DNA of 64,000 bases. Origin: Takakia lepidozioides (Eukaryota; Plantae; Bryophyta). The notes beneath the pieces are model-generated. The model made no database searches. It had not been told where the DNA came from and worked only from the letters and a program-made list of their open reading frames with translations. Position 1 is the first letter of the stretch, and the number at the start of each line of letters is the position of its first letter. The position numbers and the translations under genes were made by a program. The stretch spans positions 35,712,001 to 35,776,000 of the forward strand of contig CM060733.1 of assembly GCA_030704615.1 (NCBI GenBank), in the 5' to 3' direction. Of the stretch, positions 30,601-43,995 are shown piece after piece.

Positions 30601-33539
30601 CACTGCAGAGGGGTCAACTCTGAGGTTAAGAAAACGATGCTTTGTCGCGTTATTAGACCTGCCTTGGAGTACGGATCTGCTATATGGGTTGATAACTCCA
30701 ACCAGGCTAAGTCTCTAGAATCCATTCAAGTGGGGGTGCTTAAGGAGTGTATGTCAGCATGCTCCAAAACAGCCAATGTGGCTGTTCGGGGTGAGTTTGG
30801 CATTCCGTCCTTAAGCTCCCGACGAGATGAATTCAAGGTCAGATGGTGGGGTCAGCTGCAACATATGCCCAACACATATTAATCGACTCTATATCTTGGA
30901 AACAGGACCGCCCTGTCAAACAGGCTAAGTCCTGGCAGAAGAGAGTAGAAGAGATCCTCAAGGACCTGGACCTGGATCCGCAAGTCTTGACCCTGCTGGA
31001 TAAATCTGACTTAGAGGCTGTAGTGTCCTCAGCCATGTCTGTTGCCATGAGATTGTCTGATGAAAATGAAGTTAGGCAGAAAACTTCCCTGAACTTGTTT
31101 CCAGTCTGTGACATGGGGGAGGACATCTTGGATGACCTCAAGGGTCTACCCACTCTCCGCACTAGACTGAAATTTAAACTCAGGGCAGGAAGCCTACCTT
31201 TGAACAGCAAACAGAAGCAGAGAGGAAAGGGAGAGTGCAATTGCCCGTTGTGTGGGCAATCTGAAGACAGTATTCATTTTCTGATACACTGTCCGGGGTT
31301 CTCTCACCAAAGAGACGCTCTCTTCAAATCTATTAAGGGAATTGTGCCTGTACCCCTGTTTACCAACTTTGAAAGTCTCGAGGCTGAGCCAAAAGCCCAG
31401 GCCCTCCTGAGGCCTAGTTTTTGGGCAAATCACACACAGCAGATTGATGCTTGTGTGAAGGAATTTCTAGAGGATATCTGGAAAACCCGGATTAATTCTT
31501 TATATGGAGGTAAGTCTTACTACCAACGTCAGCCCCTGACAGAGGTAGGTTCTGTCCCTTTTGTTCCCGCTCAAACTGGGCGCGGGGTCAATGGCCACAA
31601 GGCTACGGCAAACAACGTCTTATGAGTACAATCTAACAGTTGGACCTAGTTGGTTTGTGCAGGAAGGACCAGGTATCCCTGCAGGCAGTGGTTGTTGACT
31701 TGCAAGGGCTTGAGCGCTCATCTGCTCTGGACTTGGCTCGGTTGGTTCGCAAGGAGCCTGGTCTTGCGACTCTGCCCATAGTGGCTCTCTCATTCTTGCT
31801 CAGTAGTGGTGGCCAGAAAGAGCTTCAGGAAGCTGGGTTTACATTCACCGTGCAAAAGCCACTTCGGCGTGCAATTCTGGCATTTGGCTTGTTGCAGGCC
31901 TTGGGGGTGAAGCTCCAACCCTCTTCAGGAAAAGCAAACATTAATTCCAAGATGCTTACTGGAAAGCGATTACTTGTGGTATGTTCCTCATCTTATTCTT
32001 TGCCTTCCACGTGCAGCAGAAACATGGTGATGGAGAAGTGTCTGGGGCCAAACTTTGTCTTGGTGGTTGTGCATCTATCTCTCTCTTTCTGGCACCCTTA
32101 TTTCTGATGTTCTTGGGTCTCCCACAGAGGTAAGACATCTTTCCTTCATTTCATTTCTTGGGCTGTAGTTTTTGGGCTGCTTGTTGAGGGCCACACCCTC
32201 CCTGTTGAGGGTTCCACCTCCTCTTTGAAGATGCGGAGATGTCGTGATATTGTAGGTGGATGACAATGCGGTCAACCGAAAAGTTGCGTCATCAATGTTG
32301 TCCCGATATGGAGGGACAGTTGTGAGTGTGAATGGCGGAGTTGAGGCAATTTCCACTATTAAAAAACAAGAAGCAGGGCAGCAGTTTGATTTGATCTTCA
32401 TGGATATTCAGATGCCTGAGGTAACTACATGTGTCTGTGGACATGATCTTTGCTGAAGTGTCAGCTTCTTGTTGCATGAAGGGCTTCAATTGGATTAAAA
32501 TGTACTCATAGGATGTTGTTTGCCGTAGCCTTGTGGCCATTGAATTCAATTGGATTAGAGAGTGTGCATCCATTTTATGTAGCAATGAACTACTCCTGGA
32601 GGAATGTGGGCCAAGACATATCCTATTGTGGCTGGTCTAAAACAGAATTTACATTTGTGATGACATTTTAGCTGTGGTGTTGTTAGGGAGTTGCATTGGT
32701 TTTTTTGAATGGTGGCATGTCACTGTCATGCAGAATTCTGTCTCTAGAAAAGTGCCTCATTGCAGTGTGAGAACAGGTTTAAAATATTGCTATACTTGAT
32801 TGCCATGTGTTCAAAAAGATGATGGATAAGTAACAGTAGTTCTAATGATCTTTTCTCGATTGCAGATGGATGGATATGAAGCCACTCGGCAAATACGCAT
32901 TTGGGAGGCTGCGAGTTGTGAGAAATGTCAGACTTTGGGAGGTAGCGACCCCATCTCTCTTGCTGGCAGAGGGTTCTGTCCTCACAATCGGATTCCTGTA
33001 GTTGCAGTCACTGCTGACGTCATGAAGGGGACACACGAACTTTGCTTCAACGCTGGCATGGACAATTACATTCCCAAGGTATGATCCATTCTTGTCAGGC
33101 TGCTTTGGCATCTCAATCTTGAAAGACTCTAGACTTCCTTCAGCATGTAGTCACGTGGAGTTTCTGACATAAGTTTTGAAAGTGATTGGGGATGTAAGAG
33201 TGAAATCCCCATGTTGGCGTCTGAGAATGCGAACTTTATGTAGGTCAGACTCCCTTGCATGACCACAGGGTACTGGACGCAGGAGTGCGTTAGGGTCACG
33301 ACTGTCTTGCTTCTGGTGTTTTGAAGCTTCAGTTTTGTCTCCAGTTGGAAGACTTGCTGCAATTAAGTCCTTTTGTGGTTATGTTTTCCCATGTGTGCAT
33401 GAAATTTGAAGCCTTCCTCATGTATGTTGTTTTTGTATGGTACGAATTACAGCCTCTGGACCAGAAGCAACTGCATGTGGTGCTGGAAAGGTTCCTTGGC
33501 AACAACGGGGCAGACGTTGGAGGGAGGACTTCCGAGTGA
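21691..33539 (+). CDS. CHASE-domain hybrid histidine kinase (cytokinin-receptor-like, divergent CHASE), 15 exons
   Basis: Exons 21691-21894, 22665-23212, 23433-23873, 24252-24274, 24859-24946, 25311-25518, 25906-25938, 26243-26675, 27745-27857, 27992-28186, 28775-28860, 31663-31978, 32256-32420, 32866-33078, 33453-33539; all GT-AG and phase-consistent. Architecture TM-CHASE(EYAPIVY)-TM, H-box [17 protein letters not shown]-box [11 protein letters not shown]1 VEDTGIGIP, G2 [10 protein letters not shown], receiver-like domain, receiver [24 protein letters not shown]. Confidence 0.93.
29244..31631 (+). mobile_element. 5'-truncated LINE (RTE/RTEX-like) in intron 11 of the kinase gene, with 14-bp TSD
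   Basis: RT motifs [47 protein letters not shown]-terminal CPLC..H..C finger. Frameshift near 30860. TSD TCTAACAGTTGGAC at 29230-29243 and 31632-31645. Confidence 0.93.
32498..32544 (-). mobile_element. 47-bp extreme 3' fragment of the same LINE family with 13-bp TSD
   Basis: The reverse complement matches the LINE 3' end TCAATGGCCACAAGGCTACGGCAAACAAC..TATGAGTACA. TSD TTCAATTGGATTA at 32485-32497 and 32545-32557. Confidence 0.9.
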
Positions 33540-35234
33540 TTGTGCACTTGACCCCATTACTAACTCATGGTTTTTGAAGTGGTTTATTGACAAGGTTGTC
33601 CTCTTGTCAGAGCACCATCAACAGTTCTGGCGTATTTCCTTACACACAGATGACCTGCAATGTGTTTTCTTGCCTAAAATTAGCAAAGCTGCTGCAAATG
33701 CTGGCAGCTTGCTAGGCTTCAAAGGAAGGAAGTTCTTGGTGGATTTGTTTTTTATGGCGCGGTGTCAAAATTTGACATGTGGTGAATGGAATGGCTTAGC
33801 TGCCTATTATCAGGCAATGTGGGCGACTGGTTGCTACCCTATGTGGGGGAGCTTCCTTGTGTACAATGAAATAAGGCAGACCAAGGAAATAGGCATAGTT
33901 ATGAAGTGATGAGACTTTGGAAAAGCCACAACAGGAAATAGAATAGATGGTGGTCTGTGAAACTTGCCATGCCCAGGTGAGCACCAGTATGCTGATCAAT
34001 GAGCATCTGTCATTTCCTCACCGGTGCGTCTGATTGATCTGTAAAGTGCATTCAGTAATATCTTTTGTACAAACTGTGTGCCTGGCCTAAGCTTCCCAAG
34101 CCTAGGGGGGAAGAAAGATGCTCCAACACTGAATCAGGTCAGCTCGTGTGCCCTCAAATTTTTCAGTGTATCGTTTGCAGCTTCAGTAGCTTACAAAACA
34201 TTGGAGAGACTATACATCACTCCGGAAGCATCTTGGAATTAATTCGGTCCCACAATTCCCATGAGGTTTGGGGAACAATAGTATGTGCTCAAATGAACAT
34301 AAAGGTCCCAATCCTACTTTCTGCTGGGTGTAGGCATGTTCAATTTTGCTGTTGGAGTTGGCAGTGTGTGCGCAGGCAAATTAGACTGGCTGCTGATTAA
34401 CCCTTAAGAGGTTCTCAATAATGGAAAGCACAAGCTGTTGTATGTGCAAATCTTGTTGACGACGATCTTGTTTTTGTTGGGATGTGTAAACCGGGGGAAT
34501 TTGATTGCAGCTCATAGCGTGTGTCACAGATTGCAACAAATTAATGCCCTTCCTGTCTTTTTAATCTGAGCTAGCCACCAATCTGAGCGAGCCACAGCAC
34601 AGAAGCTCCTTCAGACTCCGACTCCGCCCTCTCAATGCTCTCTTCAGCAGTTGATCAAGAGCAAGTTGTGAGTGAAATGCCCAAAACAACGCAGGCACTC
34701 GCTGGTAAAGCTGCAATGTTTATAAGCTAGTCGGATTTTGCTGACCTCGAGGGTCGGGGGCGGTGGAAGCTGAGCTCCTGCTGCTGACCTAAAATTCTCT
34801 TATGACTTAGCCGCAATTCCCAAGTCAGCATATCTCTGCTACATCCCCAACTATATGCTAACTTTTAGGTCATCTCTAAATATTGCTACTTTTCCTTCTA
34901 TATTCTTTTAGTGACTCGGCTATTCTGAAACACGTTACCCGCGTATCCAACTATGGTGGCGATGCTCAACACATCTTTGTCTCGGCTTCACACCCCCCTC
35001 TGCTTGTTGGTCATACACGAACAGGATCGCTATGGCAGGAACTCCAGCATTCACTATCTCCATTGACTTGGACAATCACGTCAGAACGGTCAGCAGCAAC
35101 TCTGCACGAAATTTGCATATCAACGCGCCGCTATCAGCTACGATACGAAACAACGCACAACAGCCATACGGCAGGAACGCTAACACAACTTGGCGGAGCA
35201 TATTTTGCAATTTTGCCGATCGAGAGAACTGACA

Positions 35235-38200
35235 GGGGTGTGTGGAAGGGTTTGTGGAGCGGTTGTTATCATGACACGGGCCAGTAATGTGATGTGTTAT
35301 TGGGGAGGGACTAGATGTGGGGTAGTATTGGCAGTTACATTGGAGGCGAGGAATGGTAATGATGTTATGTGCTAGGCTGGCTGATGGTTGCGCCATGTGC
35401 TTCGGGATAACTTCCCTTAATTGTCCAATCAGACAGATCACCAGTGGGTATTGTTGCCTTAGTTTCATGGCATGGGTTGTGATGGATTTTATAGGTGTAC
35501 TGTTGAATGTGGTATCAGAACATAGGTAATATTCCAATGCTATATCTGCATACAGTAGTTGCCAGGCATATGGGTATGCGTTTGTTTTTGTAGCATAGGT
35601 ATATGAGGTGGTTTTTGTTGGGGCTTGATGTGGATGCAGTTTGTATCAGTACTGGTTGTACCTGTTGCGGTGGAGCAGGGAAGTTGCGTGAAAGTTGATG
35701 TTGGATCAGCTGAGGTATTTTGTGGACATAGCTTTGTTGAGGAGCCTGCAATGTCTAGACTGTGGGTTGTGTGGGGATTTAGTGCTGGCTCATGTGGGCT
35801 ATTTTCTTGGTGTTCTATGAGAATTTCATGCTTCAGCCTAATTGCAACAGATGGACCTACGTTGTTTCGCAGTTCTGGATAGCAGTGAGAATCTGCCACA
35901 TTCCAGGAAGGTACCCACTATGTGCTGGATGACGGTTGTAATTGGTGCTCAGTCTGCCTTAATCGCGCAATTTTCAGGGGCCATTTAATGAGGGCTAAGG
36001 TGTGTCTGGTTGTAATTGGTATGCGGTAATATAACCGCCTGTGTATAGGTTGGGTGGTGTGTGTGGTGCTTAGAAGGGTTACAATGTTTCTTGCTTGCGT
36101 GTTTTGGGTTTTAAACATATTGCTGAATGTGGCGTTTGGCCGCAGGTCCTTCAGTGCTGCGTCTGCATAAAGTGGCTGCCACTTATATAGGTGGGGTTGT
36201 GTATAGTTGGCCATGTGTTCATAGTAATTTTTTGTTTGTGTAGCATTTGGGGGGTAAGGTGGTGTGTGTAGGGTAGGGGAGGTGGTCAGGCATCGAGGGA
36301 ACCAGTGCTGGGGCTGTGTGCTGGGGGTAGTTGTTATAGTTAGTTCTTCCTTAAATTTTTTTTAAGGTTCGTGAATGTATCTAGTCTGTTTTATGGGGAG
36401 GAAGCTTTGGCATTGAAGTAGCCCGCATGTATAGTGATAGGAAGACCTTGGAGCAATTGGTGTAATGACATCATGATGCAGTAGTAGACAAGTAAAATTC
36501 AGCAGGTGATCAGCAGGCTGGTTGTTGTGGAGCCACCCAGTGAGGGAGTGTCGTCTGAATGTGAGACAGTGGTTGTAATTGGCCGGAGAGATAGTCCTTC
36601 CAAATTGCTTGTTAGCATACTTCAGTGAGGGGATAGGTAGTTGGTATATTGTGTGATCAATTTGCAGCCCACAGTTTTGATTTCCGAGTTGTATTGTGGG
36701 TATAGGAGTTAGGGACAGAACATGGTGTAGTGGTCGTGTTTTCAACCTAGTTATGGCGTTGGTGGCCACTTTTTGGTTTTTGTAGATGGGTGATAAGCAG
36801 TAAGGTAGTGTAGTCAATGATAGTGAGCCCGGGTGCATGGATTGGCTTATGGAGCAGTAACTAGTACAATTTAATCCATTAGTGTGATGAGTTGCTGGGG
36901 TGAGGACAACATGGATGCGGGTATAGGGCTGCAGGCACTGAGATACAAATTTAGAAGTGATTCTGTAACGATTTTTTGTGTGGAGGCTCCTGCATTCTTT
37001 AATATGAAGAGGTTTGTGTTGTCTAGAAGTATTTTTGCTTCTTAGGGGGGGGCTTTGTGAATGAGGCCTTATTATGTCAAGGCAGTTGGGCTTTGGGCCA
37101 CGGTAAGTGGTTTTTTTCTGATAAATAATGAACTGTGTGCATAGGTGTGATTATGAAGAGGTATTGCTTGCTTGCAAGATTGCAGATTGCAAGGATGTAA
37201 GATTGCTACTGGCATCAATGTCTCTATAATATAGGGGGTGACATAGTGCTTGTAACTGATAGCGAAGAGTTGGTTCCTTATTTTGGTGCTTACCAAGAGT
37301 AAGATCGTTAACATGGATAATGCTGCATACTCTAAACTTCCATTTTACGGGTTGCCTGTGTGCTGGATAGTAGTCCCGGCATAGATAGCTGGTGACTGGT
37401 AGCTATAGATATGAAGTGGTAGCCTTGGTGGATGCTTTCATGAGGTTGAGGAGAATTGTTTTTTTCCTGCAAGGGGGAGTAATATGTGCTATTGTGATGA
37501 GTGCTGATATCGATTGGGGTTAGTATGTCATCAATGGTAACATAGTGCAGATTCAAGACAAAGGCAAACAAGAGGCATTGCACTATAGATCTGAAGTGGC
37601 AGCCTTGGTGGGTGCTTTCATGAGATTGAGGGGAATTTTTTTGATTCTGCAAGGGGGAGTAATATGTACTATTGTAATGGGTGCTGATATCGATTGGGGT
37701 TAGTACAAGAAGGCAACATAAGATACAATAACTTTGAAGCGAGTTGCTAGAGAGGGAGAAGAGCAACTTAGCAGAGTAAGTGGGCGAGTGTTGTGTAAGC
37801 ATACAATAAGCGGTAGGAATGTGAAAGAGGTTACTGATTGCGTAACTTACCAGGGGTTGCTTGTCAGTGAGGCGTAATATTGGGTTTGGTGAGTATGACA
37901 TAGCTAGCCACAAGATCCTTCGGGCGGGGTCAGATCTCAATCTCCCCTTGTTGTTCTCTGGGCTCCAAATGAGAGGGGTATCCCTGGCGATATATCGTTG
38001 AGGGTAGGCGAGGCCTGTACTTTGCAATATCTGAACGTGCATTGTAATCGGGTATTGTTGTGGGTTCTGCTGGCGGTTGGCCTGTGTGGAGAATGGGACT
38101 TCTCTATTATAGCCTCCAGGGTCCCAGCAGTCCGGTGCTGGTAGAGTCTGTAAGAGCCAAAAGTTTGCAGTTTGTGTGGAGCTTGTGTCCCTTCTACTAT

Positions 38201-38260
38201 AGCCACCTGGGTCCCAGCAGTCCTGTGCTGGTTGAGTCCGCACGCTCCAGGAGTTTGTGG
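35235..38260 (-). mobile_element. G/T-skewed segment homologous, in inverted orientation, to parts of the A/C-rich region of the neighbouring large LINE
   Basis: Minus-strand LTTLPYCLSPIYKNQKVATNA (~36760-36820) matches plus-strand LTTLPYCLLPTYKNQKVATNA (~45490-45550). Minus HTLALIKWPLKIARLRQTEHQLQ (~35940-36005) matches plus HTSTLIKQPLLIVRLRQTENQLQ (~40205-40275). Internal duplications with 180-bp period (37403-37705) and ~90-bp period (~38105-38240). Confidence 0.6.
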
Positions 38261-38265
38261 TAAGT

Positions 38266-39429
38266 TCAGGTAGAACCATGTCTTTGCCTTCGCAGCTCGG
38301 CGGATAAGGACCATATGTGCTGGTCAGTCTGGTTATTTGGGGATTTCCATTCCTGCAAATGTGTGGCTTGTAAAAGATCGTGTGAGTCCGTAGTGTAAGT
38401 GGCTACCACGACCATGTGCCAGTGTGTGGTGCCCATAATCCAGTAGTCCACATGTGTCGGGTCTGATCCCCATTCACGGACCATGACAGCGCCAGTAGGA
38501 AGACCATCAAGCCAAGTGTTGGCTCTGTACCTATATACTCGTTCTTCTTCAAACTTAATCGCTGGGTAGATGACCAAGTCACCTTCTGTTGCTTGGGCTT
38601 GTGCTGCAGGGATGCCAGAGAGCATTTGATGGTATCCAATGTCGAGCAATCCTCCATGTCCAAACCGCATGAACCATAGCAGGGTGGCTCCTTGTCCATG
38701 GATGAATTCGTCCAACCATAGCTTGTTAATTCTGTGGTGCTGGCCAGCGTGCGTAGTGGCTCCATCATGGTCTTCGAAACAGATGTCTTTGGATAGTCCA
38801 AGCTCCCACCAGAGCAGGGGTTCTCCTCTTAGCAACTTTCTCTTGATTTCTGTGGGGGGTAATTTGTAGTTGAAACGTTGGTCAACAATTGCTGTGACTC
38901 TGCTGAGGGCTGATGTAGGTGGGTACCGTCCCCATTCAAGTGTCTGAGATCTGGCCTTGGAGGTTAGTTTGTTGAACAGTCTGTCAGTTGCCAAGTTGGC
39001 CAGTACTTCAAACCTATCTAGCCAGACGCTGTCTTCTGCTGAGAACTCAGAGATTCCAATCCATTGTGCTTGATTTACTATCGTTGGTTGCCCTGAGTCG
39101 ACAATATGATGAAGTATGCTCTCCTCGTCTTCTAACACTTGGTCTTGGAAATGATATAGTCCTGGTGGGTAGTTAGGAATTGTATCAGAAGATTGGGGAC
39201 TAGTATATGATGATGGTGCGTGTCGTGCACAGAATGCGATAAAAACTCTTTCTTCCTCGGTTGAGTAGCCTGTTGGGTATTCCTCGCTTGTATTATTGTC
39301 TTCAGATCCGCTGTGAAGTGAGTCTTGTTCTTGGTTGTTGTGATTGGAATTGCAAGCGCTGCGCCTATGCCATCTCTGATAGGGCCACAATCTGGGCATT
39401 TGAGCCAGCACCTCCTCCAAAACATCCAA
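38266..39429 (-). CDS. Intact 387-aa orphan ORF, divergently oriented to the large LINE
   Basis: Uninterrupted ORF with globular-protein-like composition (W/G/D/E-rich C-terminal half), unlike the flanking H/T/Q/P-biased ORFs. No family recognised. Confidence 0.55.
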   Translation of the reverse strand: MDVLEEVLAQMPRLWPYQRWHRRSACNSNHNNQEQDSLHSGSEDNNTSEEYPTGYSTEEERVFIAFCARHAPSSYTSPQSSDTIPNYPPGLYHFQDQVLEDEESILHHIVDSGQPTIVNQAQWIGISEFSAEDSVWLDRFEVLANLATDRLFNKLTSKARSQTLEWGRYPPTSALSRVTAIVDQRFNYKLPPTEIKRKLLRGEPLLWWELGLSKDICFEDHDGATTHAGQHHRINKLWLDEFIHGQGATLLWFMRFGHGGLLDIGYHQMLSGIPAAQAQATEGDLVIYPAIKFEEERVYRYRANTWLDGLPTGAVMVREWGSDPTHVDYWIMGTTHWHMVVVATYTTDSHDLLQATHLQEWKSPNNQTDQHIWSLSAELRRQRHGST

Positions 39430-41303
39430 ACCTACAATCCAACTAAACTGTCGCCAAGCATCCCGCCCCCCCCCCCTTCTCTAACCCACTTAGCTTCACA
39501 AATACAAAAACATGCACACACTACTACCTCCTCATTACAGGATCAACTTACACCTACTTTCAAACCAGGAGACCACAAGTGTAACATCATCACATCCACA
39601 TAGTCATGCTAAGTTTCGATATCAATACCCAGCCCACTCCCCTAAGCTCCCACTATACACACACAACAATGACTGCATATAATAGACCAAGGTTAGAACA
39701 CCAACATGACCTTGACCTCGAACAAATCCTTGAATGGCAGCATCAGAGAACACTAAAGACAGGTAACCAAAGCCCAATCGCACAAAACCGTGTGTTTAAT
39801 ACCCATCATGGTCCACTTATCTACCCTCACAGTCATCACATCACTATATATAAATCCATAATGCAACAAAACTATGCAGCCCTGCTTAAACACACACACG
39901 CCCATTCTATACAGACCCAACCAGACACACATCCATATCAGGAAAGGGCTAGCATTAATCATATACCTCAACAATACTGCACACAAACCCTCAATATTTG
40001 CAAACCAAAGTATTATGATCTGCCCCCCCAACCAGACTCCCTAATAATGCAGTCCCACCTGAACACCGCATCTGTACACACACAAGCAACTATTATTGTT
40101 ACCCTTCTAACAACCATACACCTCAGGCAACCTATATACAGCATGTCACATGACCCCTTCCAGAAACCCAAAATGACCGACAACCCCATGCCAAGACAAA
40201 CAAAGCACACCTCAACCCTCATTAAGCAGCCCCTGCTAATTGTACGCTTGAGGCAGACTGAAAATCAATTACAAACTCCTAAGTACACTATGACTCCAAA
40301 AACACAATTGCATAATATGCTGCCTCAAGATGATAACCTTAGCCCCACTTATCGCTATCAAAATACACCCATATGCATACTTTCACCACAGCATGTCATT
40401 CAAAAAACCCACACTACAACTGCCAATATATGGTCTCGCGCTAATACTAAATATTGCCAATACAACTCAGATTGCTCCCCCCGTGACACCTTTCTCTCAA
40501 TCAACATTGCATACCCCTCACTTATAAGTCAACAGAAAATAGAAATTAACACAAACAGCAAGGAGGCTACATCCTGGCCACAGCCCTTATTACCTCCACA
40601 TACCAGAATCTGCAAACAAAACTACCAGCATCCACAACACAAGCGGTTAACCTCCATATTGCCAGCTGAACTGCAATCCGTGCTGCTTGACAGCCAAAAG
40701 TGCCTATCATATTGCTTACTGTGGCATAAACGCGCACATACATGGATGCAAACGTTGCATGGCGCTTGGCCGCTACAGTTAAAGGAAACAAACAAAGCAC
40801 TAATGACAGACTTGGAATCATTTAGATATTGGACCCTAACCCAACATATCGCTCTAAGCATTCAACCCGCCCATACCTTAGCCTTTCTCGACCCAACAAT
40901 CAAGCTCCACCTCCACCATAATGCTGGCTGGCTAGGATTACACGTAACTTGGGTAGCTTTTCGGCTCCAAATGTCTACTCCACAATCAATGCACTGCAAC
41001 TATCCAAAATGTCCCATTCGGCTGATAATTCAACCCCATCAACACTACGCTTATCCTCACTTTGAGTGCTTCTTGATAACCACCCTGCGCAGTAACACAG
41101 CCGCCAGGCACTTCGCCCAACATGCAGACATAAACAGCCCTTATACTCTATCCTCCAGCAAGGTGAGAGCAAGCTATGTCTTCAACACTTCAACATGCAC
41201 CCATAGTCACTTCACCAAGCAACACTTCATGCTTCAACCCCCCGCTCTCCCCCCCTTGCACCTTACCACTAGTTCTGCGATCACACCCACCTTATCGCTC
41301 ACC

Positions 41304-43221
41304 ATGAACACAGAAACCCAAAGCACCCTGTCGGGTGTTGACGCTGCTCTCAATGTTCCACCCTTACAAGATGAGAGAATGTCCCCAACGAGCTCGTCTA
41401 CCTTCAAACGCAGTCTCGATGACCTCCATCTCGGAGACACGCTTACATCAAATAATGCCCAGTCGATACTCCTCAAGTGAGCAACAAGCGACGATGACAG
41501 CTCTCAATCAAACCACACCACCACCAACAAGAAAGGTCGAAGCAACTCGCAGTCACCACAAACACAGAAGCAGTATTATGTCCACCTCTGGCTTGGGTAT
41601 CCTACTACGGAGAGCCTGGCAAGGGAAGTTGGTGCCCCTATTGTACAAGACTGCAGATCTGTCGCTGAACTATTGCAGCTGGGCATCTCCGAATCGGAAT
41701 GTGTAGAAATACTCCAGTGTCCAAAGGCCTTCCCCAGGACTCACCAGATACTATATCCATCGCAAAGGCCGGACAGAAGAGAAGGACAATTCTATCATCT
41801 CACGCAGCTCCCCAAAACCGCAGACTGCAACCCTGCGACTGGGCTCTCATTTGGATATCACATTCTAATCCGATTTGAGAAAGGGCGCCCCATGAAATGC
41901 ACAGAAGTCACGGCAACAAGGCTATCCTAATGGGAATACCACTTGGCAACGAGGTGCTGCACCCTGTCTCAGCTTTTGGACATAAGAAAGACCCCACCGT
42001 GTGGTCAGGTCTTATCAAGATCTGCCTCAAATACCCAGAAAAGGATGACATTGACTTGCTCTTGGGCAACCGAGCATTCATACTCACCTTAGCGGAAGGC
42101 AATCCCGTGCAGGGCAAAGTTGAAAAAAGTTTCGAAACTGAAAGCACGGGAGACTGGCTATCCCTCCACATCAAGGGCTCAACGATGGAATGGCTGCCAA
42201 CTACTCAGATCACATCAAATATTATCTACGAGGCATACAACGCAGGGATCGACATGGAAATCCTATATGTTGGTAAGCCTACCACACAATCTAATTTTGG
42301 ATTTCTTTACACAACATCGGAAGAGACTCGTGCGTTCTCTCTGTCACATGGATTGCGACACGAGCACGAAATGCTCGAGGTGGTCGAACGATACCAAACT
42401 CTAAATGGCACGGACATCCCCCCCAAAACGCTCAAAGCTTATAGAGAAGCCCTGACCGTAGTGATCAGGCACCTCAAACTGACCACACCACAGAAGGTTA
42501 TCAGCGATGCTATACTGCACATGATCGGGAAGGATAACGTCACCAACATGTTCTTCACCAACGCTCAGTCAGAAAAAGTTTTGCACGTTACATGTAAGAA
42601 TGCAACAGTATACAATCTTTGGCAGGACAGGCCGCATGTCAACTTTATGGGTCGAAACATCAAGTTCACTCCACATGCCCAAAGCTTAAACGGTGATACC
42701 CCACCGGATCCAGTGACGTTCAAGAGGTTGAAGATTATTGATATCAACAAAGCACTTGCTAACACGGTAGGTCACTTCAGTTTCAGGCTTCCCCCAGCAC
42801 CGGTTCCCTCAAACAGGAATTGCTATCAATCATGGAAAAACAAAATGTGGAGCACAAACGGGAGATCGCCAACTTCAAGCATGATGTGGTCCAGGGGATT
42901 GAAGCGCAAACCTTGAACTATATGAACTCCCTAAAAGCCAAGGTCTCGGATGAACTGGCGCTCAGTATGTCAGCCTACCAGACTCAGTTCGATACGCTTA
43001 TGCACAAACTCCCAGAGTTTGCTCTTACCAAGCTCCGCTTGACTGGGGTTTCAACTCAGCAGACACTGGCACTTACCCCATCCTCAACTCTTTTCAAGTA
43101 CCAAGTCCCCACAACCACCAAGGCTGACGGACAGATACAAGACCAGGCATCCCTTGTAGACCTGGAGAAAGCTGACACATACTCACCTAGCACCTCGCGC
43201 AAGCGACTAGGCAATGAGTGA
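41304..43221 (+). pseudogene. ORF1-like gene of the large LINE, frameshifted
   Basis: Protein-like frames 41304-41480, ~41500-41930, 41897-42800 and 42820-43221, joined by frameshifts. Possible RRM-like segments (NFGFLYTTSEETR; LTVVIRHL..LHVTCKN..FMGRNIKFTPH) and a coiled-coil C-terminus. Confidence 0.55.
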
Positions 43222-43995
43222 CAAAGGTCAGAACCCCCACTACTCATGCTATAAAGATCTCGCCCAGACCCGGAATAGACACCAGTCTTTGGGTCAATTT
43301 TTTATTCTGTTTGTTTTACCTGTACTACTTCTACTTTCAATGCAATTTCATGTGATGCACACAGGGATTTCTAAGTGTAGATACACAAAATCTCTTCTGT
43401 GTGACTCTTGTAACCAGACCCCTGTTTCTATGCAAGTTATGTCAAAGCTAATGTCCCCATATCACACAACACCCCCTGGTTCCCATGCTGCCTTACATTT
43501 CACCAGCCTACCATTACAAATTCACTGTTATTGAGCACTGTACCAATTTATTTATTCCTCCATACCAAATACATGAGTGGACACCACTCTACCTCTATCT
43601 AGTTGCACTACTGCAGCCAGCCCTACTAACATCCTCTGCCTTTGCCACCAATATGCTGCATACAGTACCAAGTCAACCCCTCTGCCCTCATGTTCATCTC
43701 CACCACAAACTCTTGCTGACGTCTTATCTTCGTACATATACTAAGCACCATAATTGGAAATATGCTCCACACTACTGTGTACAGTTAACCTCAAGTAATT
43801 TAAATACTACCCAACATAGAGTCACCTCCTGCCATCATCTTATATGCCCACTGAGTTGTCCATATAAACAGCATATAAGACCCACAGTTGCTACGCCTAT
43901 GCTCCAGCCTATATTGTTCAGCCCCAACCTGCTTGTGAAAATACCACACCCAACAACACAAATCCCATCCAAAAAAACGAGCTTCCCAAATATAC

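Noticed and set aside
33540-34880. Short ORFs downstream of the kinase
   Set aside because: No motifs or splice-consistent structure; likely 3' UTR and intergenic DNA.
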